64,000 bases of DNA from Candidatus Tokpelaia hoelldobleri (GCA_002005325.1 CP017315.1:419184-483183); one strand, 5' to 3'; positions 1-10,553 are shown, counted from the stretch's first letter. Numbers and translations: made by a program. The notes: generated by a model from the sequence alone, not told the origin.

Positions 1-349
1 TGCAGCGGAAAAGGAAAACAGAGGGCAAAAACAGGCCAGCATGGAAAACAGGACCGCCCGGCAGGAAAAATGCGCCTGTATGGTTTGTCTCCCGCTTTTT
101 CTGCTCATGCGTTTTTGTCCCACCGGTAAAACCCGTTTTTGTTCCAGCCTGAATTTCACGCCGCAATGTGGCAGAAAATGGTTAACAGCTTGTGTCTCTA
201 TAGCATGGCGGGCCTGAAATAACAGTCAAGTTTTATGACACCGGCTGTTTTTTCTTGAGAAAACCGGCATTTGATTTACCTTTCAGGAGCATTCCGGTAT
301 CGTATGCGAGACCGGAAATGTTAAGACCGGAAATGTCAGGGAATGTGTC

Positions 350-2812
350 ATGAGTAAAAAAAATCCTGCCGCAACACAGCATAAAACGTCTCTTGTTATT
401 GAGGATATGACCTGCGCCTCCTGTGTGCGGCGGGTGGAAAAAGCCATTCGCGGCGCGATACAGGCCGAAGAGGTTAGCGTTAATCTGGCGACAAACCGTG
501 CTGATATTGTTTCTGCAGACAAGCCCGACCTTGCCGCTGTTGCCGCGGCGGTAAAGCGTGCCGGTTATGGGGTGGGGCAGGATGAAATCGACCTTGATAT
601 TACCGGCATGACCTGCGCCTCATGCGTGCGGCGGGTGGAAAAAGCCTTGTCCGCTGTGGAGGGGGTGAAAGAGGCGGTGGTGAATTTTGCCACCAGCCGC
701 GCCCATGTGCGTTTTTTCAGGCAGGCGGTGACAGCCCGGCAGTTGCAGGACGCGGTGGCAAAGGCGGGCTATGAGGCGCATGTGGCCACAAAGGCCGGCG
801 GCAGCCGTGACGCGGCAAAGGAAGGCGCTGGTCCTGGCCGTGCGCTGCTTGTCGCCGCGGCGCTGACCCTGCCGGTGTTTCTGCTTGAAATGGGCAGCCA
901 TCTTGCCCCGCCCTTTCATCATTGGCTGCTGGCCCATATCGGTGAACAGCCATTGCGGATTTTCAGCTTTGTGCTGACAACCGTTGTGCTGTTTGGCCCT
1001 GGCCGGCGCTTTTTCAAAACCGGCATACCGGCGCTGTTGCGCGGTGGACCGGATATGAACTCGCTTGTGGCGGTCGGTGCTTTTGCCGCCTGGAGTTATT
1101 CCACTGTGGCAACCTTTGCCGGCCGGTTGCTGCCGGAAGGCGCAAACCATGTTTATTTTGAAGCCGCGGCGGTGATTGTGACGCTGATTTTGCTTGGCCG
1201 TTATCTTGAAGCCGGAGCGCGCGGCAAAACTGGCGAGGCGATCCGCGCGCTGGCCGGGTTGAAGCCGGCTTCAGCGCGGGTTGTGCGCGCGGGAACAGAG
1301 GCGGATATTCCGGTTGAAGATGTGGCGATTGGCGATATTGTGGCGATTCGCCCGGGTGAAAAACTGCCGGTTGACGGGGTGATTGTCGATGGGGCTTCCC
1401 ATATTGATGAAGCGATGATGACCGGTGAGCCGATGCCGGTGGCGAAAAGCGCCGGCGGGCAGGTTTTTGCCGGAACCGTCAATGGCAGCGGTGCTTTTCA
1501 CTATCGGGCTGAGAAAATCGGCGCGGATACATTTCTGGCGCGGATTCAACAGATGGTGGAAGATGCGCAAAACGCCCGCCTGCCCATTCAGGCGCTGGTG
1601 GACAGGGTGACGGAATGGTTTGTACCAGGGGTTTTTGCCATCGCCATTGTGACTTTTGTCCTGTGGATGGTTTTCGCCCCTGCCCCTGCCTTGCCGCATG
1701 CGCTGGTGGCCGCGGTGGCGGTGCTGATTATCGCCTGCCCCTGTGCCATGGGGTTGGCCACGCCGGTTTCCATCATGGTCGGCACGGGCCGGGCGGCGCG
1801 GCTTGGTGTGCTGTTCCGCCGCGGGGATGCGCTGCAAAGCCTGCGCGACGCCGCGATTATCGCCTTTGACAAAACCGGAACGCTGACGCAGGGCAGGCCG
1901 GAATTGAACAGTTTCACCGTGGCGGAAGGTTTTGACAGGCGCAAGGTGCTGGCGCTTGTTGCTGCGGTGGAAAGCCGCTCCGAACACCCGATTGGCGCAG
2001 CACTGGTTAAAGAGGCAAAGACGCGGAATATTCCCTTGCCGGCGGTGAGGAAATTTACCGCGCGCGCCGGTTACGGTGTTTCCGGAATTGCCGGCAAACA
2101 GGAAATTGCTGTTGGCGCTGATCGTTATATGCAGGCGCTTGAGGTGGATATTTCCGCCTTGGCTGATATGGCAAAGACATATGCCGAACAGGGCGCGACC
2201 CCGTTTTATGCCGCGCTTGACGGCAAGGCGGCGGCGGCTTTTGGCGTTGCTGACCCGTTAAAGCCGCAAACCCGCGCCACGGTGCAAGCATTGAAGGATA
2301 TGGGCGTTGAGGCCGTGATGATAACCGGGGACAACAAGCTGGTGGCGCAGGTGATAGCGCGTGAGGCCGGCATTGCAAGGAATGAGGCGGAAGTGCTGCC
2401 GGATGGCAAGGTTGAAGCCGTGCGCCGGTTGCAGCAGGATGGCAAAAGGGTGGCCTTTGTCGGCGATGGCATCAATGACGCACCGGCGTTAAGCGCGGCT
2501 GATACCGGCATTGCCATCGGCACCGGCACGGATGTGGCGATTGAAAGCGCCGATGTGGTGCTGATGTCAGGCGACCCGGCCGGTGTTGTCAATGCGGTGG
2601 GAATATCGCGGGCGACAATCCGCAATATCAAACAGAATCTGTTTTGGGCTTTTGCCTATAATATTGCGCTGATACCGGTCGCGGCGGGGATTCTCTATCC
2701 GCGGTGGGGGGTGCAGCTGTCGCCGGTGCTCAGTGCCGGCGCAATGGCGTTTTCCAGCATTTTTGTGCTGGCCAATGCCCTGCGTTTGCGCCGTTTCAAG
2801 CTGGTATTATGA
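350..2812 (+). CDS. copA: Copper-translocating P1B-type ATPase with two N-terminal heavy-metal-binding domains
   Basis: 820-aa ORF. It has two MTCASCVRRVEKA CxxC HMA motifs, CPC in the membrane helix (IIACPCAMGLATP), a DKTGT phosphorylation site and a GDGINDAP hinge. Confidence 0.95.
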   Translation: MSKKNPAATQHKTSLVIEDMTCASCVRRVEKAIRGAIQAEEVSVNLATNRADIVSADKPDLAAVAAAVKRAGYGVGQDEIDLDITGMTCASCVRRVEKALSAVEGVKEAVVNFATSRAHVRFFRQAVTARQLQDAVAKAGYEAHVATKAGGSRDAAKEGAGPGRALLVAAALTLPVFLLEMGSHLAPPFHHWLLAHIGEQPLRIFSFVLTTVVLFGPGRRFFKTGIPALLRGGPDMNSLVAVGAFAAWSYSTVATFAGRLLPEGANHVYFEAAAVIVTLILLGRYLEAGARGKTGEAIRALAGLKPASARVVRAGTEADIPVEDVAIGDIVAIRPGEKLPVDGVIVDGASHIDEAMMTGEPMPVAKSAGGQVFAGTVNGSGAFHYRAEKIGADTFLARIQQMVEDAQNARLPIQALVDRVTEWFVPGVFAIAIVTFVLWMVFAPAPALPHALVAAVAVLIIACPCAMGLATPVSIMVGTGRAARLGVLFRRGDALQSLRDAAIIAFDKTGTLTQGRPELNSFTVAEGFDRRKVLALVAAVESRSEHPIGAALVKEAKTRNIPLPAVRKFTARAGYGVSGIAGKQEIAVGADRYMQALEVDISALADMAKTYAEQGATPFYAALDGKAAAAFGVADPLKPQTRATVQALKDMGVEAVMITGDNKLVAQVIAREAGIARNEAEVLPDGKVEAVRRLQQDGKRVAFVGDGINDAPALSAADTGIAIGTGTDVAIESADVVLMSGDPAGVVNAVGISRATIRNIKQNLFWAFAYNIALIPVAAGILYPRWGVQLSPVLSAGAMAFSSIFVLANALRLRRFKLVL

Positions 2813-2933
2813 CAGGTGAAGGGATAGTGAGTCTTATCAGAAAAGATAAATTTCTTTCAGAAAGATAAAAGAGACTTTACACGATTTTGTACACATTGTA
2901 CCATCCTGACAGGGGGTAAGGAGGAGTACCTAC

Positions 2934-3242
2934 GTGAATCAGGAAATAATTAATCGTATTGAAGCGGATCCCAACTATGTTGCGCTCCGGCGCAAGAGGA
3001 ATGTGCTTGGCGTTTCTCTGACCATGATTGTCATGGTGGTTTATTATGGCTGGATTGCCTTAATCGCTTTCGACATGGAGTTTTTGGTACGCCGTATTGG
3101 TGGAGGTGTCACGACACTTGCAATCCCTGTCGGGCTTGGCGTGCTGGTTATCAGTGTGCTGGTAACTGTTTTTTATGTGCTGCGCGCCAACAAAACCTAT
3201 GATGGGCTGATTGAAAAAATCGCGGCGGAGGTGCAGAAATGA
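2934..3242 (+). CDS. DUF485 (YjcH-like) small inner-membrane protein
   Basis: 102-aa two-TM ORF with a GTG start behind GGAGGAG. It makes an ATGA overlap with the following actP, the classic yjcH-actP arrangement. Confidence 0.8.
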   Translation: MNQEIINRIEADPNYVALRRKRNVLGVSLTMIVMVVYYGWIALIAFDMEFLVRRIGGGVTTLAIPVGLGVLVISVLVTVFYVLRANKTYDGLIEKIAAEVQK

Positions 3243-4957
3243 ATATATCCTGCATGATGAAAACAGTCATTGCTGCTTTTGGCTTTATGCTGCCTGTGAC
3301 AGCTGCCTGTGCCGGGGCGCTCACCGGGCAAATGGACAGGCAGCCGGTTAATGTGCAGGCGCTTGTGATGTTTTTCCTGTTTGTCGGATTGACCTTGTGG
3401 ATTACCAAATGGGCGGCAGGAAGAACAAAATCACGTGCTGACTTCTATACCGCCGGTGGTGGTATTAGCGGTTTTAAAAACGGCCTTGCCATTGCCGGTG
3501 ACTTTATGTCGGCAGCTTCTTTCCTTGGTATTTCCGCCATGGTTATGCAGGTTGGCTATGACGGGCTGATTTACGCTATCGGTTTTCTGGTCGGTTGGCC
3601 GATTCTGATGTTTCTGATTGCCGAGCGGCTGCGCAATCTTGGCCAGTTTAATTTTGCTGATGTGGCCGGTTTTCGTTTTTCCACAGTGCCGGTGCGGGTG
3701 TTTGCCGCTTTCAGTACGCTGGCGGTGGTGGCGTTTTACCTGATTGCGCAGATGGTGGGCGCTGGACAGCTTATCAAACTGCTGTTTGGCTGGGATTATC
3801 TCTATGCCGTTATTCTGGTCGGCTTTCTGATGATGATCTATGTGCTCTTTGGCGGTATGACGGCAACAACATGGGTGCAGATTATCAAAGCCTGCCTGTT
3901 GCTTGCCGGCGTAACATTCATGGCGTTCATGGTTTTGTACCTGTTTGATTTCAGCTTTGAAAATCTGTTCAGTGCTGCCATTACGGTGAAAACCGGTTTG
4001 GCATTGACAGATGGCAAAAACACTGAAGAAGCGGCGGCAATCGGCCGGGCTATCATGGGGCCGGGCGGTTTTGTCAAAGACCCGGTTTCGGCCATTTCAT
4101 TTGGCATGGCGCTGATGTTCGGCACATCCGGTCTGCCGCATATCCTGATGCGTTTCTTTACTGTGTCCAATGCAAGGGAAGCGCGCAAGTCAGTCCTGTG
4201 GGCGACTATCTGGAACGGCTATTTCTATCTGGTCATCTTCATCATCGGCTTTGGTGCTATTGCGCTTGTGCTGTCCGATCCTGAATTGCGCAGTCCTTTG
4301 GAAAACGGGGCAGGGGCGGCCAATATGGCGGCGGTGCTGGTTGGCAAGGCCGTTGGCGGCAATCTGTTCTATGGTTTTATTTCGGCTGTAGCGTTTGCAA
4401 CCATTCTTGCTGTGGTTTCCGGTCTTGTCCTTTCGGGTGCAACCGCCATTTCCCATGACATTTTCAATATGGTGCTGTGCAAGGGCAAGGCGAGCGGCGA
4501 GCAGGAACTGCGCGTTTCCCGTATTGCCATTGTTGTCATTGGCATTGTCGCGGTTATTCTGGGCATTGTTTTTGAGCAGCAGAATGTTGCTTTTATGGTC
4601 GGGCTGGCTTTCGCCATTGCCGCATCGGCCAATTTTCCGGTGCTGCTATCGATTTTGTGGAGTGGCTGCACAACAAAGGGCGCAGTAATTGGCGGGACGC
4701 TTGGTCTGGTTTCTTCAGTCGGGCTTACCCTTGTTTCACCGGCGGTTTGGGTAAGCACTTTTGGCTTTTCGCCGGAATCGGTGCTGTTCCCTTATTCTTC
4801 GCCAACATTGTTTTCCATGGTGCTGGCTTTTGTCGGGGTCTGGTTTTTCTCTGTCACCGACAAAAGCAAACGGGCGGCGATTGACAAGGCGGGCTTTCCT
4901 GCACAGCAGATTCGCTCTGAAACAGGAATCGGCGTCAATGCAGCCTCAGTGCATTGA
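3239..4957 (+). CDS. actP: Cation/acetate symporter (SSS family)
   Basis: 572 aa, collinear with E. coli ActP as I remember it ([48 protein letters not shown]). A start at 3254 is also possible. Confidence 0.9.
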   Translation: MNISCMMKTVIAAFGFMLPVTAACAGALTGQMDRQPVNVQALVMFFLFVGLTLWITKWAAGRTKSRADFYTAGGGISGFKNGLAIAGDFMSAASFLGISAMVMQVGYDGLIYAIGFLVGWPILMFLIAERLRNLGQFNFADVAGFRFSTVPVRVFAAFSTLAVVAFYLIAQMVGAGQLIKLLFGWDYLYAVILVGFLMMIYVLFGGMTATTWVQIIKACLLLAGVTFMAFMVLYLFDFSFENLFSAAITVKTGLALTDGKNTEEAAAIGRAIMGPGGFVKDPVSAISFGMALMFGTSGLPHILMRFFTVSNAREARKSVLWATIWNGYFYLVIFIIGFGAIALVLSDPELRSPLENGAGAANMAAVLVGKAVGGNLFYGFISAVAFATILAVVSGLVLSGATAISHDIFNMVLCKGKASGEQELRVSRIAIVVIGIVAVILGIVFEQQNVAFMVGLAFAIAASANFPVLLSILWSGCTTKGAVIGGTLGLVSSVGLTLVSPAVWVSTFGFSPESVLFPYSSPTLFSMVLAFVGVWFFSVTDKSKRAAIDKAGFPAQQIRSETGIGVNAASVH

Positions 4958-4987
4958 TGGAATAAAAGAATATATGGCAAAAACGGG

Positions 4988-5022
4988 AAGCGGCCTTGTA
5001 CAAGGCCGCTTTTCTTCTTTTT
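4988..5022. terminator. Bidirectional intrinsic terminator between actP and the PCuAC gene
   Basis: Perfect palindrome AAGCGGCCTTG-TA-CAAGGCCGCTT followed by TTTCTTCTTTTT, with an A-run upstream. Confidence 0.75.
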
Positions 5023-5097
5023 CGGAATTGATATAAAAAAGTGCTGTCTTGCAGCTGGATTCCTGAAACTTTACTGCCTGATATAATCAGGGGATAT

Positions 5098-5616
5098 TTA
5101 ATGCTGGTGTTCCGGCATGTCATCATGGCCATGGGACGGCGTTTTGGCGGCGGCGGAATCAATGGCGAAGTCCACCTCAACCGTACCGGCTTTTTCAAAA
5201 ATCAGCCTGCCTTTGAAGTTTTTTCCCTGTTCCAGCGGCCGGGCGATATTCATAAACATGATGTGGTAGCTGCCCGGCTTGAAGCTGATTTCCGCCCCCG
5301 GGGCGATTTCCACACCTTCCGGCATGGGACGCATTTTCATCAGGCCGTCTTTCATCTCCATCAGATGAATTTCAGTTTTATCAGAAAGTTCCGAGGAAAC
5401 GCCGAGCAGACGGTCAGCTTGCTTGCCGTGGTTGATAATGGTCATATAACCGGCTGCTACTCTTGCGCCTTTGAAGGTTGCCCGTGACCATGGATGAATA
5501 ATCCGGAGTTCATCAACCTTGTATTCGTGAGCGCCAGCGGTGGTGAAGGTGCTCGCGTAAAGGCACAGTGTGGTGATGAATACAGAAAGGATGGATCTGA
5601 TAGAAAAAGCAGGCAT
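5098..5616 (-). CDS. Periplasmic copper chaperone PCu(A)C (DUF461) with a His-rich C-terminal tail
   Basis: 172 aa with a signal peptide, H..M..M motifs (IHLMEMKDGLMKMRPM, YHIMFM) and the tail SHGHDDMPEHQH. GGAG SD precedes the ATG. Confidence 0.8.
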   Translation of the reverse strand: MPAFSIRSILSVFITTLCLYASTFTTAGAHEYKVDELRIIHPWSRATFKGARVAAGYMTIINHGKQADRLLGVSSELSDKTEIHLMEMKDGLMKMRPMPEGVEIAPGAEISFKPGSYHIMFMNIARPLEQGKNFKGRLIFEKAGTVEVDFAIDSAAAKTPSHGHDDMPEHQH

Positions 5617-5667
5617 GATGAACTCCGGAAAATAAAACAGCAGAAATATTCTGCCTGTTTGTCATAT

Positions 5668-6219
5668 TTAACCGGCAAAACCGCCTTCATCAAGAAATTT
5701 TTGTTCTTCGCGCGTCGTCTGGCGGTCAAGTACGGCGTTGCGGTGCGGAAAACGGCCAAAACGGCGGATGATATCAGCATGGATTTCTGCAAACCGCAAC
5801 ATTTCTGCATCTCCGAGCTGATGGAAAAGCCTCAGGCTCAATTGCTGGTCGGCCATGTCTTCTGAATGTTCAAAGGGCAGGTACAGAAAACCGCGCAATT
5901 GCTTGTCGGTGCGGGTGTCTGCCTGCTGCTGCAAAACAAGATGCGCCGTCTCACGCGCGAGGCTGTCGGTTGAAAAGGCGCGCGGATCTTCCCGGAACAT
6001 ATTGCGCGGAAACTGGTCAAGCACAAGGATAAGCGCCAGCAGGCCTGCGTCGTTCATGCGCCAGTCCCGCAGCCCGTCTGCCGCGGCTTTTTGCCATAGG
6101 GATAAAAAGGAATGCCGGATTTCAGCGTCAAATGTGTCATCCTTGCGGAACCAGCGTTCTGTTCCGGCCTTGTGCCAGAAGTCAATGACGGTTTGCGGTG
6201 TTATTGCTTTGCCAGGCAT
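5668..6219 (-). CDS. DUF924 family protein
   Basis: 183 aa with the typical DUF924 pattern (VIDFWH, LALILVLDQFPRNMFR, YLPFEHSE). Confidence 0.75.
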   Translation of the reverse strand: MPGKAITPQTVIDFWHKAGTERWFRKDDTFDAEIRHSFLSLWQKAAADGLRDWRMNDAGLLALILVLDQFPRNMFREDPRAFSTDSLARETAHLVLQQQADTRTDKQLRGFLYLPFEHSEDMADQQLSLRLFHQLGDAEMLRFAEIHADIIRRFGRFPHRNAVLDRQTTREEQKFLDEGGFAG

Positions 6220-6249
6220 GGCAGTTTCCCTTGCAACAGAAAATGCGTA

Positions 6250-7002
6250 TTACGACCAGTCCCCTACAGTGGCATTGATAATGGCAAGTGCTGCTACTGC
6301 TGCTGTATCAGCGCGTAAAACGCGCGGCCCCAGCGGAATAGCGGTGACAAAGCTTTGCGCGTTTAAAGCCGCGCGTTCATCGTCAGAAAAACCGCCTTCA
6401 GGGCCGATAATCAGGCCAGGCGGGCGCGGGACGGTGTTTTTGTGCTTCAAGGCTGTTAACAAGGGCAGGGGATTGTCGCCTTCTGCCGCTTCATCGCAGA
6501 AAATCAGCGGGCGCGTAGCATCCCATTCCGCCAGCAGCATATCAAGGGCAAGGGGCGCCCGGCATTGTGGCAGGGCGAGAACGCCGCATTGTTCCGCCGC
6601 CTCCACCGCATTGGCTTTTATACGCTCAAGATTGAGGCGGGTGATCTGGGTGTGACGGGTGATAACCGGTTGCAGAATACCAGCGCCCATTTCCACCGCC
6701 TTTTGCACCATATAATCAAGGCGGGCGTGTTTTAAGGGCGCAAAACAGTAAATCAGATCGGGCGTGGCGGGTTGCGGGCGTTCCTGCACGGTAATATGCA
6801 AGGTGACGCTTTTTTTGGTTGTATGGGCAATGTCTGCCCGCCATTCACCATCCGCGCCGTTAAAAACCAGCAGGGTTCCCCCCTCTTTCATCCGCAGGAC
6901 ATGGATAAGGTAGTGTGCCTGTTCGGGCGGCAGCGCCAGCAATGTGTCTGCTGACAGGGAGTCGGTGACAAAGAGGCGTTGCAGTCGATAATTGGCGCGC
7001 AT
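6250..7002 (-). CDS. rsmE: 16S rRNA (uracil1498-N3)-methyltransferase
   Basis: 250 aa. The N-terminal PUA-like region (RLFV, HYLIHVLRMKEG) and C-terminal SPOUT knot (IGPEGGFSDDE) are typical of RsmE. Confidence 0.85.
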   Translation of the reverse strand: MRANYRLQRLFVTDSLSADTLLALPPEQAHYLIHVLRMKEGGTLLVFNGADGEWRADIAHTTKKSVTLHITVQERPQPATPDLIYCFAPLKHARLDYMVQKAVEMGAGILQPVITRHTQITRLNLERIKANAVEAAEQCGVLALPQCRAPLALDMLLAEWDATRPLIFCDEAAEGDNPLPLLTALKHKNTVPRPPGLIIGPEGGFSDDERAALNAQSFVTAIPLGPRVLRADTAAVAALAIINATVGDWS

Positions 7003-7266
7003 GGTTCCAGACAGTTATAAATTGGCAGAAGAAATGCAGCTTATAGTAGAGTGACGCAGAGCCCTGCTCATCCCCCACCATGACCTGCGTGACTTTTCAA
7101 GCACACTTTCGCAAAATCGTACAAGTTTATTCATAATTATGCAACCGAATCATATCAAAATCAGTATGGATAGTGCGGCTTGAATGTGGAGCGCGGGTGC
7201 CCGGATTATTCTGGTTGAAAATGCTTGCGTCAAGTTTGTGAGTTTAAGTTTTGGAGTTTGAAAATT

Positions 7267-7407
7267 ATGTCCGCCAAAAGGGCTGTTGTGCTTACCGTGT
7301 TTATGCTTTTTACCATGTTTGCAGTTGTTGTCGGGATCGGCGCCAGCAGTGGCGGAGAGAGCAGCGTATCGTCTGCGGATATCTATGGAATTTCTTCTCT
7401 CCAGTAG
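7267..7407 (+). CDS. Hypothetical 46-aa single-TM peptide with a Ser-rich tail
   Basis: MSAKRAVVLTVFMLFTMFAVVVGIGASSGGESSVSSADIYGISSLQ, with GGAG about 11 nt upstream. It is the only plausible ORF in a 430-bp gap. No homology could be recognised. Confidence 0.25.
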   Translation: MSAKRAVVLTVFMLFTMFAVVVGIGASSGGESSVSSADIYGISSLQ

Positions 7408-7434
7408 CTTTTTTTTCAGAAAACAGGATCGCGT

Positions 7435-8274
7435 TTAACCGCTGAAGGCACTTGGGTCAGGGCCAATGCGCCCCTCCTTGCTGTCAAGCTGCGCGATGGC
7501 ATCGTGGTCTGCCGCTGTCAGGGCAAAGTTAAAAACAGCGAAATTTTCCGCCATGCGTTCCGGTGATTGCGATTTTGGAATGGCAATATTGCCGATTTCA
7601 ATCTGCCAGCGCAAAATAATCTGCGCTACTGTTTTGCCGTGTGCTTTGGCAATCGTTTTCAAAACCGGATTGCCAAGGATTTTCCCCTGTCCGAGCGGAC
7701 TCCAGCTTTCTGTTGCAATGTGATGGCGGGTATGAAAAGCCCGCAAGGCGTTCTGCTGGAAGTTCGGGTGCAGTTCAATCTGGTTGATTGCCGGTGTGAT
7801 GCCGGTTTCTTTATCAAGCCGCTCCAGATCGGCAATACGGAAATTGCTGACGCCGATGGATTTGGCAAGCCCCTGTTCGTGCAGGCGGATCAGGGCCTGC
7901 CATGTTTCAATATACAGATCATGCGCCGGTACCGGCCAGTGAATCAGGTAAAGGTCAACATAATCAGTGCCGAGCCGTTTCAGGCTGTCCTCAAACGCTT
8001 TCAGGGTGCTGTCATAGCCCTGATCGCTGTTCCACAATTTGGTTGTGAGGAAAATATCACTGCGCCTGATGCCGGAGGCCTTGAGCCCTTCCCCCGCACC
8101 GTTTTCATTTTCGTAGATTTTCGCCGTATCAATATGGCGGTAGCCGGTTTCAAGCGCTGTTTCCACCGCCTGCGCGGCATCCTTGTTGTCAATCTTCCAT
8201 ACGCCATAACCCAATTGCGGGATGGTTTTGTTATCATTCAATACAATAGAAGGTATTTTCATCTTTTGCCCCAT
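7435..8274 (-). CDS. Aldo/keto reductase (2,5-diketo-D-gluconate reductase-like)
   Basis: 279 aa with AKR motifs (GYGVWK, GYRHIDTA, LYLIHWP, IPKS). The second ATG at 8262 (MKIPSIVLN) may be the true start. Confidence 0.85.
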   Translation of the reverse strand: MGQKMKIPSIVLNDNKTIPQLGYGVWKIDNKDAAQAVETALETGYRHIDTAKIYENENGAGEGLKASGIRRSDIFLTTKLWNSDQGYDSTLKAFEDSLKRLGTDYVDLYLIHWPVPAHDLYIETWQALIRLHEQGLAKSIGVSNFRIADLERLDKETGITPAINQIELHPNFQQNALRAFHTRHHIATESWSPLGQGKILGNPVLKTIAKAHGKTVAQIILRWQIEIGNIAIPKSQSPERMAENFAVFNFALTAADHDAIAQLDSKEGRIGPDPSAFSG

Positions 8275-8361
8275 GCTTTTTAACCTTTGGAAAATATCGT
8301 TGTCTGTTATATGGCGGCCGGCAAGCGGATTACAAAACTTTCCGGCCTGTCCACCGCTTGT

Positions 8362-10272
8362 TCAGGGCGCCTCCTGAGGTTCGGTCCTGCTCTGCGGGGT
8401 CACAAGCGGGTTTTGCCAGTCGCCTTCAAGGCGGAATTTCGTGTCGGACACGTCTTCAGGGGCAGGGCAGTCCGCCTCCTCATCTGTGCACGGAGGCGGG
8501 ACGGGCTGTGAGGCTGGCGGTAATATGCCAGTCAGTTCCATGGTTTTGCTGTCCCAATTCACTTTACCTTGCAAGGTAAGGTTGCGGCCGCCAAAGCGGA
8601 TATCCGTTGCCTCAAGCGTGATAATGTCGTTACGATTGATGGCGGCCTTGCCTTCTGCCTTGTCAAACTGAAAGCTTGTATCTTTTGTCGCCTGCAATGA
8701 AAAAGGCGCTTGCGTGCCAAGTTTTTGCAGGAAGGCAGGCATATCAAAGCCGCTGACACTGCCTTTTGTCACAGAAAAGCTGGCCTTGCCATCAGTGTGC
8801 CACGGCCTGCCCGGCCACAAGCGCTGATACCCTTCCTGTGTGTCTGTATCCTGACCCGAAAGTGTTGATTTCAGATCCAGTGTCAAAGCGCCCCGGCCGG
8901 TAAGGGACAAATGCCAGGGCAGGGCCTGCAAACTGATATTGCTGGCGGAAAGGCGGCTTTCCAGTTCAAGCCCGGATTTATCCTCGTGGCGCAGCTGAAT
9001 AACACCCTGCGCCAGACCCTCAAAGAGTTGCGCATTGCCGATGTCAATGATCAGGGTGTAATCGCGCCTTTGAATAGAGGCGGCAAGATTGCTGATGTGA
9101 ACGGTTTTATCCCAGTTTGCCTGTGTGGCGGAGAGGCGCAGGTCAAGCCCGAAACGTTTGGAAAGGAAAATATCGGATGGCGGCTGGTTTTCCGCCAGAA
9201 GGGCGGGAAGAATCTGCCCGAGGTCAAGCGTGTCAAAGGCAAGCGAGCCGGTGGTGACAAAATGCTCTTGCTGCAGGGTGGTTTCCAATGCGCCGCGGGC
9301 ATTATTTCTGCCAAAGGAGAAAACAATATCGTTCATCTCTATATGACCGGATTGTGCCGCTATGCTTGATTCCCAGACAACCGGAGCGGTTATGCCGGAT
9401 TTGTAATCGTCTGTCTGGAAAAGCCAGTGGAGCGTTGTATCCACACCGGGCGAGCGGGCGTTGATTTTGCCATCAAGCAGGAAGTCCTGTGTCAGGCGGG
9501 CTGTGCCGGTAAAAGTGATGCCGCCACGGTTTGAGTTGAAACTCAGGCGCAGTTTGCTTCTTCCCCCGCTCATCAAAAGCAGCGCTTCATCAGTGTCAAG
9601 TGTCAGGCTGGCAAGTGCGCCATGCCACTGGCCGGATGCTTTGAAAGAAGCTTCACGGCTAAAATCCGGCCAGTCAATTTCGGCATTGATGTTGCTGATT
9701 TCGTCTGTTTTGCCCGCTTCGTTGACCGGATAGACAAGGCTGCCGCCTTCCACCTGAATATGCCCGAAAGGCTGGGCGTTGATTTGTGACATATCAGATT
9801 TTCCGGGCGATTGCGCGATCTGCTGCTGCGCCTGCCGGATGGCGATGCCGAGCGAACCGTCCGAACCGGCAAGCGTGGTGAAAAAACCGGCAACTGTTTT
9901 AACCGGTTCATCCATGATAAAACGCGGATTGATGATGCGGGTCTGGGAAAACCGCACCTTGCCTTGCAGCACATCATAAAGGGACAGGTCCACCTCGATT
10001 TTTTCCGCCTGCATCAAGGGCGGGCGGGCGGCGCTGGAAGCGCTTAAGGCCACACCGGGCAGGGAAGCATGCGGCGAGGGGAAAAGGGAAAGCTGCGGTA
10101 CGCCGTTCAATTGCACATTATGGCCGGTCCATGTGCTCAATTCATGGGCGAGGCGCAGGCGGATAGCATCGGTTGATACCAGAAAAGGTAAAGCGATAAT
10201 CCCGGCGGCAACAAGTGCGACAAGGATGAAAACCGCTAAAAAGAAAAAACGCACTATGCGGGAACGCAGCAT
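8362..10272 (-). CDS. AsmA family outer-membrane biogenesis protein
   Basis: 636 aa with an N-terminal membrane anchor followed by a long beta-rich periplasmic region, typical of AsmA-like proteins. Confidence 0.7.
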   Translation of the reverse strand: MLRSRIVRFFFLAVFILVALVAAGIIALPFLVSTDAIRLRLAHELSTWTGHNVQLNGVPQLSLFPSPHASLPGVALSASSAARPPLMQAEKIEVDLSLYDVLQGKVRFSQTRIINPRFIMDEPVKTVAGFFTTLAGSDGSLGIAIRQAQQQIAQSPGKSDMSQINAQPFGHIQVEGGSLVYPVNEAGKTDEISNINAEIDWPDFSREASFKASGQWHGALASLTLDTDEALLLMSGGRSKLRLSFNSNRGGITFTGTARLTQDFLLDGKINARSPGVDTTLHWLFQTDDYKSGITAPVVWESSIAAQSGHIEMNDIVFSFGRNNARGALETTLQQEHFVTTGSLAFDTLDLGQILPALLAENQPPSDIFLSKRFGLDLRLSATQANWDKTVHISNLAASIQRRDYTLIIDIGNAQLFEGLAQGVIQLRHEDKSGLELESRLSASNISLQALPWHLSLTGRGALTLDLKSTLSGQDTDTQEGYQRLWPGRPWHTDGKASFSVTKGSVSGFDMPAFLQKLGTQAPFSLQATKDTSFQFDKAEGKAAINRNDIITLEATDIRFGGRNLTLQGKVNWDSKTMELTGILPPASQPVPPPCTDEEADCPAPEDVSDTKFRLEGDWQNPLVTPQSRTEPQEAP

Positions 10273-10553
10273 TCATAAAACCTTTTTCTGACAGGGTGTT
10301 TATAACTGAAACTTTGCCGTTATGCCAGTGCCTGGCACCGGCCTGCAAACAGCTTTGTCATAAGAAACTTGTCCGCCTGCTCCTCCCTGCCCTGCTGAAT
10401 GCCGGCAAATTGCCTGTTCCTTATATGATACCGGCATTATCTGCCTGATATTTCAGGAATTTATAATCATATTCATCATCAGCCGTCAAGAACGCAAAAG
10501 CGCGATTGCCGATAAATTACAAGTGTACAGCACCGGCACTGTTTTCACGGCCT

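Noticed and set aside
241-349. CueR/MerR-type copper promoter for copA
   Set aside because: I could not find an ACCTTCC..GGAAGGT-like dyad within a 19-20 bp -35/-10 spacer. TTGATT-N21-TATCGT is too long. Only the unexplained half-site cluster is reported.
10333-10347. Sigma54-like TGGCAC-N5-TGCA upstream of the long intergenic region
   Set aside because: The GG-to-GC spacing is one nt short of the -24/-12 consensus, the TTGC element is incomplete, and the nearest downstream plus-strand gene is more than 500 bp away.
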